Source of the DNA: Bacteroidales bacterium
GTDB lineage: Bacteria > Bacteroidota > Bacteroidia > Bacteroidales > UBA932
Assembly: GCA_016285455.1 (NCBI GenBank)
Contig: JAEEQS010000008.1
Coordinates: forward strand, 4,449-68,448
DNA length: 64,000 nt
Direction: 5' to 3'
The notes under the pieces are model-generated. The model had not been told where the DNA came from and ran no database searches. It was given only the letters and a program-made list of their open reading frames with translations. This document shows, piece by piece, positions 18,496-28,134 of this stretch. A program made the translations under genes and the position numbers. The stretch's first letter is position 1. Each line of letters opens with the position of its first letter.

Positions 18496-21123
18496 CTAAT
18501 TGCTTAAACTTTCCTTTATGCAGTCTAGCGCGGCGTCTATTCCTTCAACATTCTTTCCTCCGGCGCTGGCAAAGAAAGGCTGTCCGCCTCCGCCTCCGTT
18601 TATGAACTTGGCTGCAGGGCGGATGTCTTTGCCTGCGTTCATTCCCTTAGCCACCAGGTCGTCGGTGTACATCAGCACCAGTCCTGGCTTTGCCGGATCG
18701 GTTATACCGCCTGCAAATACCGTACTTGTGCATTCGCTCCTGAGCATAAAGGCTACGGTCTTCATAAGTTCAGCCGGGAACCGGCCCTTTACGCGTATGA
18801 AGTCTATTCCGTTAATCTTTTCAACGAGTTCCTTTGCCTTGTCTTTGAGAGCGGTAGCCTTTTCCTTCATCATATCTTCCGCCTGCTTCTTAAGCTGGTC
18901 GTTCTCCAGAATCATCTTCTTTGCGCTGTCCATAAGGTTAGGGGCATTCTTGAACAGCTCCTTCAGGCTGGCCATCAGGTCTTCCGTGGCGTATACAATG
19001 TCTTCAGCGCTCTTTCCTGTGGTGGCCTCGATTCTTCTGACTCCTGCTGCAATGGCGCTTTCGCTGAGTATCCTGAAGTAGCCTATCATTCCGGTGGAAG
19101 GTATGTGGGTTCCGCCGCAGAACTCAATGCTGTCGCCGAACTTGATAACCCTTACCTTGTCTCCGTATTTTTCGCCGAAGAGGGCAATTGCACCAAGTTT
19201 TTTGGCTTCCTCGATTGGCATATCCCTCATTTCCTCTTTCTTTATATCTCTGCGGATGAGAGAGTTCACTAGCCTTTCCACTTCGCGGAGCTTCTCGGGG
19301 GAAACTTTTTCAAAGTGGGAGAAGTCAAATCTCAGAGTCTGAGGGCTTACATAGGAGCCTTTCTGCTCAATGTGAGTTCCGAGAACTTTCCTAAGGGCAT
19401 AGTCCAGAAGGTGGGTGGCGCTATGGTTGGCTGTGGTTGCAAGCCGCTTTTCTTCATCTATCTGAGCAGTTAACAGGGCTGCGGTATCGGAAGGAAGTTT
19501 CTCGGACACGTGGATAGAAAGCCCGTTTTCCTTTACCGTATTTACTATCGAAATCTTCTCTCCGGAAGCGGAGCAGAGCCATCCCTTGTCTCCTACCTGT
19601 CCGCCGCTTTCCGCATAGAACGGAGTCTTGTCCAGAACAATGTGGAAGAGGTCTTTGCCCTTGGTCTTTACCTCTCTGTAGCGGAGTATCCTTACGCCTT
19701 CTTCCAAAGTGTGGTCATATCCGGTGAATACGGATTCCTCTTCAGCGTCAGATATATATACCCAGTCTCCTTCTTTCTTGGCGTCTGCGTTGCGGCTTCT
19801 TTCTTTCTGCTTCTTGAGTTCTGCCTCAAAGCCAGGAAGATCTACTTCTAGCCCGTTTTCCTTTGCAATGAGTTCTGTAAGGTCTATCGGGAATCCGAAA
19901 GTGTCATAAAGTACAAAGGCATCAGTTCCGTTTACAAGAGAAGATCCAGTGCTCTTGCATTTTGCCACAACTTCGTCCATCAGACGGATTCCTCTTTCCA
20001 ATGTTCTTAAGAACGCGTCTTCTTCTTCTTTGATTACCTTGGAAATCAGAGTCTCCTGCTTTCTTATTTCCGGATAGAAATCTCCCATCTGCTCAACCAG
20101 CGTAGGTACCAGCTTGTAAAGCAGCGGCTCTTTTACTCCCAGGAAAGTGTAGGCATATCTTACAGCCCTGCGCAAAATCCTGCGGATAACATATCCGGCC
20201 TTGACGTTAGACGGCAGCTGACCGTCTGCAATGGAGAATGTTATTGCCCTCACGTGGTCAGACACCACTCTCATTGCCACTCTAACCTTCTCATCTGCAG
20301 ATCCATAGTCAACTCCTGCAATCTCTCCAACCTTATTCAGCAGCGGGGTGAACACATCTGTGTCGTAGTTGCTCTTCTTTCCCTGAAGCGCCATACAGAG
20401 CCTCTCGAATCCCATTCCCGTATCTACATTGTTGTGAGGGAGTTTCTCCAGGCTTCCGTCTGCCTTCCTGTTGTACTGCATAAATACCAGGTTCCAGATC
20501 TCAATTACCAGAGGATCTGACTTGTTGACCAATTCTCTTCCAGGCACTTTCTGTCTTTCGGCATCATCGCGGAGGTCTATGTGAATTTCGCTGCAAGGGC
20601 CGCATGGTCCCTGCTCTCCCATCTCCCAGAAGTTGTCTTTCTTGTTTCCAAGCAGCACCCTGTCTGCCGGAAGATATTTCAGCCAGCTCTGTCTGGCTTC
20701 CTCGTCCAGGCCCAGGCCGTCCGGCTCATAGCCTTCAAACACAGTAGCATACAGCCTGCCCGGATCTATTCCGAACACCTTGGTAAGCAGCTCCCAGCCC
20801 CACTCGATGGCTTCTTTCTTGAAGTAGTCTCCAAAGCTCCAGTTGCCCAGCATCTCAAACATCGTGTGATGGTAGGTGTCGTGCCCAACTTCTTCCAAGT
20901 CGTTGTGTTTCCCGCTAACCCTGAGGCACTTCTGGCTGTCCGCCGCTCTCTTGGCAAACGGCGCGGCATTGCCCAGGAATATGTCCTTGAACTGGTTCAT
21001 TCCCGCGTTGGTGAACATCAGCGTAGGGTCATTCTTAACTACCATCGGAGCGCTCGGCACTATCTCGTGCTCCTTGCTCCGGAAATACTCCAGAAACGTT
21101 TCTCTTATCTTTCTTGATTCCAT
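18496..21123 (-). CDS. alaS: Alanine--tRNA ligase
   Basis: The 875 aa product has the class II core ([23 protein letters not shown]), the editing-domain HxxxH/CxxxH region (HSATHLL...CGGTH) and a C-terminal DHHA1-like domain. Confidence 0.97.
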   Translation of the reverse strand: MESRKIRETFLEYFRSKEHEIVPSAPMVVKNDPTLMFTNAGMNQFKDIFLGNAAPFAKRAADSQKCLRVSGKHNDLEEVGHDTYHHTMFEMLGNWSFGDYFKKEAIEWGWELLTKVFGIDPGRLYATVFEGYEPDGLGLDEEARQSWLKYLPADRVLLGNKKDNFWEMGEQGPCGPCSEIHIDLRDDAERQKVPGRELVNKSDPLVIEIWNLVFMQYNRKADGSLEKLPHNNVDTGMGFERLCMALQGKKSNYDTDVFTPLLNKVGEIAGVDYGSADEKVRVAMRVVSDHVRAITFSIADGQLPSNVKAGYVIRRILRRAVRYAYTFLGVKEPLLYKLVPTLVEQMGDFYPEIRKQETLISKVIKEEEDAFLRTLERGIRLMDEVVAKCKSTGSSLVNGTDAFVLYDTFGFPIDLTELIAKENGLEVDLPGFEAELKKQKERSRNADAKKEGDWVYISDAEEESVFTGYDHTLEEGVRILRYREVKTKGKDLFHIVLDKTPFYAESGGQVGDKGWLCSASGEKISIVNTVKENGLSIHVSEKLPSDTAALLTAQIDEEKRLATTANHSATHLLDYALRKVLGTHIEQKGSYVSPQTLRFDFSHFEKVSPEKLREVERLVNSLIRRDIKKEEMRDMPIEEAKKLGAIALFGEKYGDKVRVIKFGDSIEFCGGTHIPSTGMIGYFRILSESAIAAGVRRIEATTGKSAEDIVYATEDLMASLKELFKNAPNLMDSAKKMILENDQLKKQAEDMMKEKATALKDKAKELVEKINGIDFIRVKGRFPAELMKTVAFMLRSECTSTVFAGGITDPAKPGLVLMYTDDLVAKGMNAGKDIRPAAKFINGGGGGQPFFASAGGKNVEGIDAALDCIKESLSN

Positions 21124-21210
21124 AAACTATTCTTTGCCTTGCCAAAAACACATATTTTGGCATAATCGTACAAAAATAACATTTATTGCCGAATTGTCGT
21201 TTTTCTTGAC

Positions 21211-21218
21211 TAAATTTG
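21211..21218 (+). promoter_or_regulatory. Candidate -7 box TAAATTTG, 6 nt upstream of the MerR-family ATG
   Basis: The plus strand reads TAAATTTG-CAGAGT-ATG. Confidence 0.4.
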
Positions 21219-21224
21219 CAGAGT

Positions 21225-21647
21225 ATGGAGGAAGGCAGCAAACTATATTACACAATCGGGGAAGTATCCAAGATTCTTGGAGAAAGCACATCGCTGGTCA
21301 GGTTCTGGTCAGACAATTTCCCGCAATTCATAAAGCCCATCCGCAACAAGAAGGGCAACCGTTTCTTCACGGTCAAGGACGTGGAGACTTTCAAGATGAT
21401 TCATCACCTGGTCAAAGAGTCTGGAATGACGCTGGAGGGGGCTCGCCAGAGGATGAAGCAGAATCTTTCCCCAACAGACCGCAAGCTTGAGGTTATAGAA
21501 AAGCTCCGCAGCATAAAGGCAAAACTCCTGGCAGTGTCTGAAGACCTTGAGGGAGAGTCGGATGCGGGTTCAGGCGCAGGTTCAGATTCAGATACAGTTT
21601 CAGATTATCCGGAAGATGCAGAAAAAGAAGACAGTCAAAGCCTCTGA
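21225..21647 (+). CDS. MerR-family transcriptional regulator with acidic Gly/Ser/Asp tail
   Basis: YYTIGEVSKILGESTSLVRFWSDNF....RNKKGNRFFTVKDVETFKMIHHL is a MerR-type HTH. The track start at 21216 is a TTG, so I used the ATG at 21225. Confidence 0.8.
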   Translation: MEEGSKLYYTIGEVSKILGESTSLVRFWSDNFPQFIKPIRNKKGNRFFTVKDVETFKMIHHLVKESGMTLEGARQRMKQNLSPTDRKLEVIEKLRSIKAKLLAVSEDLEGESDAGSGAGSDSDTVSDYPEDAEKEDSQSL

Positions 21648-22398
21648 AATCGCTGAGGCTATAGAAAGATTTGCCCCGCTTTCTTCTCAGGCAGAGTGGG
21701 ACAACAGCGGATTTACGGTAGGAAACCCTTGTGGGGAGGTGCATTGCGCGCTGATAGCCCTGAATTGCTCTCTGGAAGTGGTGCGGGAGGCGGTGAAGAA
21801 GGGGTGCGATATGATAATCACACACCATCCGCTGATAGTTCACAAGCCTTGCCTTTCTATATTGGAAGGGGATGTAAGGTCAGATGCCATAATGCTGGCA
21901 ATCCGTAACGGGATAACAGTGTATTCTTCCCATACCCCTCTGGACAGGGCTGCTGGAGGTCTCAACGATATAATGGCTCAGAAGATGGGGCTTGTGGATT
22001 GCAAGCCTCTCAGCGATGACGGATTTGGTGTAGTGGGCAACCTGCCCTCTCCTATGACGTGCGCCAAGTTTATCTCATTTGCAAAGAAGGCGTTTGGAGT
22101 GCCTTGCCTGAGGACCTCTGAGCCTTTGAAGGGAAAGATTTCAAAGGTGGCTGTAAGCAGCGGAGGAGGCCAAGGCTCTATACCTGATGCAGTTAGGGCG
22201 GGGGCGCAAGTTCTTTTGACGGGAGACGTAACACATCATAACTTCTATTGCCCGGACGGTTTTATGGTGGTGGATCTGAGCCATCATTTCAGCGAACTTC
22301 CTGCAATAGGCCTTCTTCAGTCTATTGTTAAGAAAAATTTTCCTAAATTTGCAACCCGTTTGAGCGAGGCTGACACCAGCCCGATATTTTATTATTGA
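21616..22398 (+). CDS. Nif3-like dinuclear metal centre protein (NIF3/YbgI family)
   Basis: Matching motifs are EWDNSGFTVGNP, DMIITHHPLIVHKP and the C-terminal GDVTHHNF...SHHFSE. I set the start at the ATG at 21616, which overlaps the MerR 3-prime end by 32 nt. Confidence 0.88.
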   Translation: MQKKKTVKASEIAEAIERFAPLSSQAEWDNSGFTVGNPCGEVHCALIALNCSLEVVREAVKKGCDMIITHHPLIVHKPCLSILEGDVRSDAIMLAIRNGITVYSSHTPLDRAAGGLNDIMAQKMGLVDCKPLSDDGFGVVGNLPSPMTCAKFISFAKKAFGVPCLRTSEPLKGKISKVAVSSGGGQGSIPDAVRAGAQVLLTGDVTHHNFYCPDGFMVVDLSHHFSELPAIGLLQSIVKKNFPKFATRLSEADTSPIFYY

Positions 22399-22399
22399 T

Positions 22400-23260
22400 A
22401 TGGCAACAACAAAGAAAAATCCTGCAATGAGCGGGGAGACTTTTACCTCCCTGCAGATTTCAACAAAGAACGCAGACGCGCTGGAAATGGAAAAGAAGCT
22501 CCATCTTCTTTACAAGCTCCAGCAGACAGACTCAAAGATAGATTCCATTTACCTTCTCAGGGGAGAGCTTCCTCTGGAGGTCAGAGACCTTGAAGACGAG
22601 GTAGCCGGCCTGAAGACCAAGCAGGCTTCCATACAGAAGGAAATCAAGGAGATAGAAAACTTCATAGCTGCCAAGAAGAACGAGATGGAAGAGTGCCGTC
22701 TGGCAATCAAGAAGTACGAGCAGCAGAGAAACAACGTCAGGAACAACCGCGAATTCGAATCCATTTCCAAGGAGATAGAGTTCCAGCAGCTGGAAAGCCA
22801 GCTGGCAGAGAAGAAGGCCAACGAGGGAGCAAAGAACCTGGTAACCAAGAAAGAGGAACTGGAGCTTCTGGGCGTTGAGATGAAGGGCCGCGAGGCAGAC
22901 CTGGACGCAAAGCGCAAGGAGCTGGAAAACATAGAGAAGGAGACAGAAAAGGAAGTTGAGAAGCTGCAGGAAGAGAGCAAGGGCTATCAGGATCAGATAG
23001 ATTCCAGAATGCTAGCCGCCTACAACAAAGTTAGAACCAACGTCCGCAACAAGATGGCCGTAGTAACCGTTGTAAGAGGCGCTTGCGGCGGCTGCTTCAA
23101 CAAGATTCCGCCTCAGAGGGAGATAGACATAGACGAAAGCCGCAAGATTGTGGTTTGCGAGTATTGCGGAAGAATCCTTGTAAGCTCACGTTTTGCCGAG
23201 GAAGACAATCCTCAGGCAGAAGAGGCAAAACCGGCTAAGAAAACCGCAAAGAAAAAATAA
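22400..23260 (+). CDS. Coiled-coil plus C4 zinc-ribbon protein (COG1579-like), the usual NIF3 neighbour
   Basis: It has a long heptad-rich region and a C-terminal zinc ribbon, CGGCFNKIPPQ...VVCEYCGRIL. Confidence 0.75.
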   Translation: MATTKKNPAMSGETFTSLQISTKNADALEMEKKLHLLYKLQQTDSKIDSIYLLRGELPLEVRDLEDEVAGLKTKQASIQKEIKEIENFIAAKKNEMEECRLAIKKYEQQRNNVRNNREFESISKEIEFQQLESQLAEKKANEGAKNLVTKKEELELLGVEMKGREADLDAKRKELENIEKETEKEVEKLQEESKGYQDQIDSRMLAAYNKVRTNVRNKMAVVTVVRGACGGCFNKIPPQREIDIDESRKIVVCEYCGRILVSSRFAEEDNPQAEEAKPAKKTAKKK

Positions 23261-23266
23261 TCAGCG

Positions 23267-24466
23267 ATGAAGCAAGGACCCTACACTTTGAGGGACCTCT
23301 TCTTCAAGCACGTAGGACAGACATCCTCTTCCCCGCTAGGTTTAGGCATAGTAAAGGCAGAGGGTGTTTTTCTTTATACGGAGACTAAAAGATATCTGGA
23401 TTTCATTTCAGGGGTTTCAGTCTCCAACGTGGGCCACGCCAGAAGAGAGGTCATAGATGCCGTAAAGGCCCAGATGGATAATTATGCCCATCTGATGGTC
23501 TATGGGGAGATGATCCAAAGTCCCCAGGTAGAGCACGCCACCCTTTTGTGCTCAATTCTTCCTGACAATCTCCAGAGCGTTTACTACGTGAATTCCGGCA
23601 GCGAGGCCAATGAAGCGGCCATAAAGCTGGCAAAGAGAATTACCGGAAGACGCAGGATTGCAGCTTGCTGCAACGCCTACCACGGAAGCACCCAGGGAAA
23701 CCTCAGCCTTATGGACAGCGAGTATTTCAAGGGAGCCTTCCGCCCGCTGCTTCCGCTTGTGGACCATTTCAAGTTCAACGATATTGATTCACTTTCAGTC
23801 ATAACAGAAGAAACGGCAGCCGTAATAGTGGAGCCGGTCCAGGGAGAAGGCGGAGTCCAGATCCCTAATCCGGGCTTCCTGGAGGCTCTCAGAAAAAAGT
23901 GCGATTCCACAGGCGCCCTGCTGATATTTGACGAAGTGCAGACCGGTTTTGGAAGAACGGGCAAGATGTTTGCATTTCAGAAATACGGAGTGGTCCCCGA
24001 TATCCTCACGCTGGCCAAGGCTCTGGGCGGAGGAATGCCTCTGGGAGCGATGGTTACATCGCGGGAAAGGATGGCCTGCTGGCAGAAGGACCCGCCTCTT
24101 GGGCACATCACCACTTTCGGAGGGCATCCGGTGTGCTGCGCAGCCGCCCTTGCATCGCTGAGGCTGCTTCTGGAAAAAGACTGGGTAGGGGATGTTGAGA
24201 GAAAGTCGAGAAAAGTTGTGGAGGGCCTTTCTTCGCATCCCGCTGTAAAGGAGATACGTGCAGCCGGACTGCTTATAGCGGTGGATTTGGGCAGAGAAGA
24301 TTTAGCGAAAAAAGTGCTATATTTACTACTTGATGAAGGCGTGATTACAGACTGGTTCCTTTTCCAACCTACATCGTTCAGGATAGCTCCTCCCCTCTGC
24401 ATTTCAGATCAGGAGCTGGAAGAAGGAATTAAGGCAGTAAGAAGGGCGCTGGACAAACTGGTTTAA
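23267..24466 (+). CDS. Class III (aspartate aminotransferase family) PLP-dependent aminotransferase, ArgD/GabT-like
   Basis: Matching motifs are NSGSEANEAAIKLAK, FDEVQTGFGRTGKMFA and LAKALGGGMPLGA (PLP lysine region). Confidence 0.85.
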   Translation: MKQGPYTLRDLFFKHVGQTSSSPLGLGIVKAEGVFLYTETKRYLDFISGVSVSNVGHARREVIDAVKAQMDNYAHLMVYGEMIQSPQVEHATLLCSILPDNLQSVYYVNSGSEANEAAIKLAKRITGRRRIAACCNAYHGSTQGNLSLMDSEYFKGAFRPLLPLVDHFKFNDIDSLSVITEETAAVIVEPVQGEGGVQIPNPGFLEALRKKCDSTGALLIFDEVQTGFGRTGKMFAFQKYGVVPDILTLAKALGGGMPLGAMVTSRERMACWQKDPPLGHITTFGGHPVCCAAALASLRLLLEKDWVGDVERKSRKVVEGLSSHPAVKEIRAAGLLIAVDLGREDLAKKVLYLLLDEGVITDWFLFQPTSFRIAPPLCISDQELEEGIKAVRRALDKLV

Positions 24467-24475
24467 AGGATATTT

Positions 24476-25975
24476 ATGGCAAAGACAGTCAAAAACAAGA
24501 AAGGAGAGGTTGACCTGGAGGTCTCTGCCCTGCAGCACGGGGTTAAGGTTCCGCAGGCTCCGGAAGTGGAAGCTTCCGTGCTGGGAGCGATGATGCTGGA
24601 TCAGGATATCGTGGAGGAACTTATGACGGTTCTTCAGGAAGAGTGTTTCTACAAGCCTGAGAACAGGCTGATATTCAAGGCAATCTCTAACCTTAGCAAT
24701 GCTTCCCAGCCGGTGGATATGATGACTGTTGCAGACCGCCTGAAGTTCAATGGAGACTTTGATGCTGCCGGAGGTCTGGACTATCTGACCAGGCTGACTT
24801 CAGACATCGGTGCCGCAGTTCACGTGAACTACTATGCCAAGATACTGGTGGACAAGTTCATCCAGAGAGAGATGATAAGCATAACCAACGACTCCCTGAG
24901 AAAATCTTATGACGAATCAGAGAGCGTGGATGATCTTTTGAACACTCTGCAGCAGAGGCTGTTCGAGCTCAGCGAAAAGAATATGAGCCGCAAGGAGCAG
25001 TCAATCGCTGAGATAATAAAGACCAAGATGGACAGCCTGGAAAAGCTTCAAAGCAAGGGAGGACAGACGGGTCTGCAGAGCGGCTATATGGCTCTGGATA
25101 AAGTCACTTACGGATGGCATCCTTCAGACCTGGTGATTATAGCCGGTCGTCCAGGAATGGGTAAGACTGCTTTTGTGCTCACTATGGCAAGGAATATGGC
25201 TGTGGACTTCAAGATTCCGGTAGCCTTCTTCTCTCTGGAACAGGCTCCTACCCAGCTGCTTGAAAGGCTTATGGTGGCCGAGAGCGGTCTGCCTTCTGAC
25301 AAGATAAAGGGAAGCGTAAAGATGACTCAGGCAGACTGGACCCAGCTGGAAGACAGCCTGAAGCCTTTGGAGGAAGCTCCGATCTACATAGACGATACTC
25401 CTTCTCTTTCCATCGCAGACCTTAGGGCAAAGGCCCGCCGCCTTGTAAAGACCAGCGGAGTGCAGATACTCATTATAGACTATCTGCAGCTTATGACAGG
25501 AAGCAAGGAGCTGAAGGGAAACCGCGAGCAGGAAGTTGCGGAAATTTCTCGTTCCCTGAAGGCCATTGCAAAGGAGCTGGACGTTCCGGTAATAGCACTT
25601 GCGCAGCTCAGCCGTCAGGCCGAATCCTCCACCGGAGGGCAGAAGAAACCTCAGCTTACGCACCTGAGGGAATCCGGAGCCATAGAACAGGATGCGGATA
25701 TAGTTCTGTTCCTGCACCGTCCTGAATATTACGGACTTGAAGATATAAATGTGGAAAAAGGACTCACGGAGGTCATAATTGCCAAGCACCGTAACGGACC
25801 TACCGGAGAAGTAGAGCTGAAGTTCCTTGCCAACCAGATGAAGTTTGTAGACAGAAACGACAGCTTTGCACAGCCTTCCATTACTCCAGGTTCCTTGTCT
25901 TTCGGTTCCAAGATTAACAGCGGAAACTTTACAGACTTTGACATTACCGCTGAAGACGAATACGACGGAAACTAA
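24476..25975 (+). CDS. dnaB: Replicative DNA helicase
   Basis: It has a DnaB N-terminal domain (PQAPEVEASVLGAMMLD), Walker A GRPGMGKT, and the IIDYLQLM and LAQLSR motifs. Confidence 0.96.
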   Translation: MAKTVKNKKGEVDLEVSALQHGVKVPQAPEVEASVLGAMMLDQDIVEELMTVLQEECFYKPENRLIFKAISNLSNASQPVDMMTVADRLKFNGDFDAAGGLDYLTRLTSDIGAAVHVNYYAKILVDKFIQREMISITNDSLRKSYDESESVDDLLNTLQQRLFELSEKNMSRKEQSIAEIIKTKMDSLEKLQSKGGQTGLQSGYMALDKVTYGWHPSDLVIIAGRPGMGKTAFVLTMARNMAVDFKIPVAFFSLEQAPTQLLERLMVAESGLPSDKIKGSVKMTQADWTQLEDSLKPLEEAPIYIDDTPSLSIADLRAKARRLVKTSGVQILIIDYLQLMTGSKELKGNREQEVAEISRSLKAIAKELDVPVIALAQLSRQAESSTGGQKKPQLTHLRESGAIEQDADIVLFLHRPEYYGLEDINVEKGLTEVIIAKHRNGPTGEVELKFLANQMKFVDRNDSFAQPSITPGSLSFGSKINSGNFTDFDITAEDEYDGN

Positions 25976-25987
25976 ATACATAAGGAA

Positions 25988-26776
25988 ATGAAAAGATTTG
26001 CCACTCTCGCATTCTTGCTTGCTGTTTTCTCCGGCGCCTTTGCCCAGGAAAACAACAACTATCCTTTCCAAAACGGAGAGAAAATGAACTTTGTTCTGAA
26101 TTATACCTGGGGCGGAGTCATTACGGATGTGGGCGACGCCACTTGTACTCTTTCTTATAACAACGGAAGCTACAACGTGCTGGTTACAGGCAAGACTTTC
26201 AGGTTCTTTGATATGTTCTTCAAGGTAAGGGAGAGGTTTGAAGCCAATTTCAACGAAAAGACCCTCCGCCCTTCCAGATTCTACCGCTCGGCTGCTGAGG
26301 GAAAGTACAGGATGAAGAACACTCTGGTATTCCTTCCGAGCGGCAACATCAATTCCCGCACCCAGAAGTATGACAGGGAACCTTTTGACACCCTGCTTAG
26401 GGGAACAGCCAACACTATGGATTTCCTGACCCTCCTTTTCAAGAGCAGGACAATGAATTTCGACAACGCTCCTGTCGGAAAGAAATATCCGCTGGAATTT
26501 GCCATAGACAAGGAAATCTACAACATCTACTTCATCTACCAGGGCAAGGAAACCAAGAAAATCCAGGGCCTTGGAACCTTCAATACAATGAAGTTCTCCG
26601 TAAAGGTTGTGGCCGGAAACGTGTTTGACGGAAAGGAGGATATGAATATCTGGGTCACCGACGACAAAAACAAGCTTCCGATTTTCTTTGAATCTCCGGT
26701 TCTTGTAGGAAGGGTTCAGGGAAGGCTCGTGGGCTATTCCGGCACCAAATATCCCGTAACATCCAAAGTCAAGTAG
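25988..26776 (+). CDS. Secreted DUF3108-like protein
   Basis: It has a signal peptide. The pattern GEKMNFVLNYTWGGVITDVGDAT...IWVTDDKNKLPIFFESPVLVGRVQGRLV resembles DUF3108 as I recall it. Confidence 0.55.
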   Translation: MKRFATLAFLLAVFSGAFAQENNNYPFQNGEKMNFVLNYTWGGVITDVGDATCTLSYNNGSYNVLVTGKTFRFFDMFFKVRERFEANFNEKTLRPSRFYRSAAEGKYRMKNTLVFLPSGNINSRTQKYDREPFDTLLRGTANTMDFLTLLFKSRTMNFDNAPVGKKYPLEFAIDKEIYNIYFIYQGKETKKIQGLGTFNTMKFSVKVVAGNVFDGKEDMNIWVTDDKNKLPIFFESPVLVGRVQGRLVGYSGTKYPVTSKVK

Positions 26777-26777
26777 A

Positions 26778-27215
26778 ATGCAAAAAGGTGTGATAGGTCA
26801 CGAAGGGGTGGTTTCCGCCGTTATGGAAGACGGATACAAGGTTACCATCACCTCCAGAAGCGCCTGCGCCGCCTGCCACGCCAGGGGACTTTGCTCTGCG
26901 TCAGAGATGGAGAACAAGGTCATAGAAGTCAAGCATAAGTCTCCGCTCAGCTTCAAAGTCGGAGACAAAGTCAGCGTCAATATGAGCGAGGCCGCCGGAA
27001 TGAAAGCCGTGTGGATAGTTTATGCCATTCCGGCAATCATTTTAGTAACCTTTTTGTTATATTTGCAGAGTTTGGGAATAAGCGAATTGGTTACGGGTCT
27101 GGCCATCCTCGGAGCTATAGCGGTATACTTTGTCATACTATATCTTTTCAGGGGAAAAATCGGGCGCCGTATCCGTTTTGACCTGTCCCCTTTAGACGAA
27201 ATAACCAACAATTAA
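26778..27215 (+). CDS. rseC: RseC/MucC-family (SoxR-reducing system) protein preceding rnf
   Basis: It has the N-terminal Cys motif SACAACHARGLC followed by two TM helices, and sits immediately upstream of rnfB. Confidence 0.7.
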   Translation: MQKGVIGHEGVVSAVMEDGYKVTITSRSACAACHARGLCSASEMENKVIEVKHKSPLSFKVGDKVSVNMSEAAGMKAVWIVYAIPAIILVTFLLYLQSLGISELVTGLAILGAIAVYFVILYLFRGKIGRRIRFDLSPLDEITNN

Positions 27216-27219
27216 CTTG

Positions 27220-28131
27220 ATGAATACAACAATTATCTTTACTATCGCCACATTGGCAATCCTGGGATTGCTGCTGGCGATTGTGCTCTACATTGTTGCT
27301 CAGAAATTCAAGGTGGAAGAAGATCCCCGGATCGACACCGTTGAGTCTCTGCTGCCTGGCGCCAACTGCGGAGGTTGCGGCAAGGCAGGTTGTAGAGCTT
27401 TTGCTGAATCAGCAGTAAAAGAAGGGCTTGGCTCTTTGCACTGCCCGGTAGGCGGCAATCCTGTAATGCAGAAGATTGCCCAGGCTCTGGGGCAGACTAT
27501 TGAAGAGAAAGCTCCTCAGGTTGCTGTCGTGAGATGTTCCGGATCTTGCGACAAGCGCAAGAAAACTACCGTTTACGACGGTCTTGCCACCTGCTCCGCG
27601 ATTGCATCGCTTTATGGCGGAGACACAGACTGCCGGTTCGGATGCCTCGGCAGGGGAGACTGCGAGGCCGCCTGCAAGTTTGACGCTATCAAAATCAATC
27701 CTAAGACGGGACTTCCTGAAGTTGACGAGGAGAAGTGTACCGCCTGCGGAGCTTGCGTGAAGACTTGCCCTAAGCAGATTATAGAACTCAGGAACAAAGG
27801 TCCAAAGGGCAGAAGGGTTTACGTAGCCTGCCGCAACCAGGACAAGGGAGCCGTGGCAAGAAAAGCCTGCCTGGCCGCCTGCATCGGCTGTGGAAAGTGC
27901 GCCAAGACTTGCCCGTTTGAGGCCATTACAGTTGAGAACTTCCTGGCTTACATAGACTACACCAAGTGCCGCATGTGCCGCAAGTGCGTGGTTGAGTGTC
28001 CTACCGGAGCAATCCACGAGGTGAACTTCCCTCCACGCCCGGCAGCAGCGCCTGCCGCTCCGGCACAGGCTAAACCTGCGTCTGAGCCAGAAGCAAAGAA
28101 AGTTGATATACCGGTTGAAAAAAAGAATTAG
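27220..28131 (+). CDS. rnfB: Rnf electron transport complex subunit B
   Basis: It has an N-terminal TM segment, NCGGCGKAGCRAF, and several CxxCxxCxxxCP ferredoxin motifs. I used the ATG at 27220; the track start at 27217 is a TTG. Confidence 0.92.
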   Translation: MNTTIIFTIATLAILGLLLAIVLYIVAQKFKVEEDPRIDTVESLLPGANCGGCGKAGCRAFAESAVKEGLGSLHCPVGGNPVMQKIAQALGQTIEEKAPQVAVVRCSGSCDKRKKTTVYDGLATCSAIASLYGGDTDCRFGCLGRGDCEAACKFDAIKINPKTGLPEVDEEKCTACGACVKTCPKQIIELRNKGPKGRRVYVACRNQDKGAVARKACLAACIGCGKCAKTCPFEAITVENFLAYIDYTKCRMCRKCVVECPTGAIHEVNFPPRPAAAPAAPAQAKPASEPEAKKVDIPVEKKN

Positions 28132-28134
28132 AGT

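Noticed and set aside
21540-21650. A repetitive GGTTCAG/GATTCAG-like tract lies at the MerR 3-prime end and might be taken for a repeat array.
   Set aside because: It is short, imperfect and in frame. It encodes an acidic GSGAGSDSD tail and overlaps the NIF3 start, so it is low-complexity coding sequence and not a CRISPR or VNTR.
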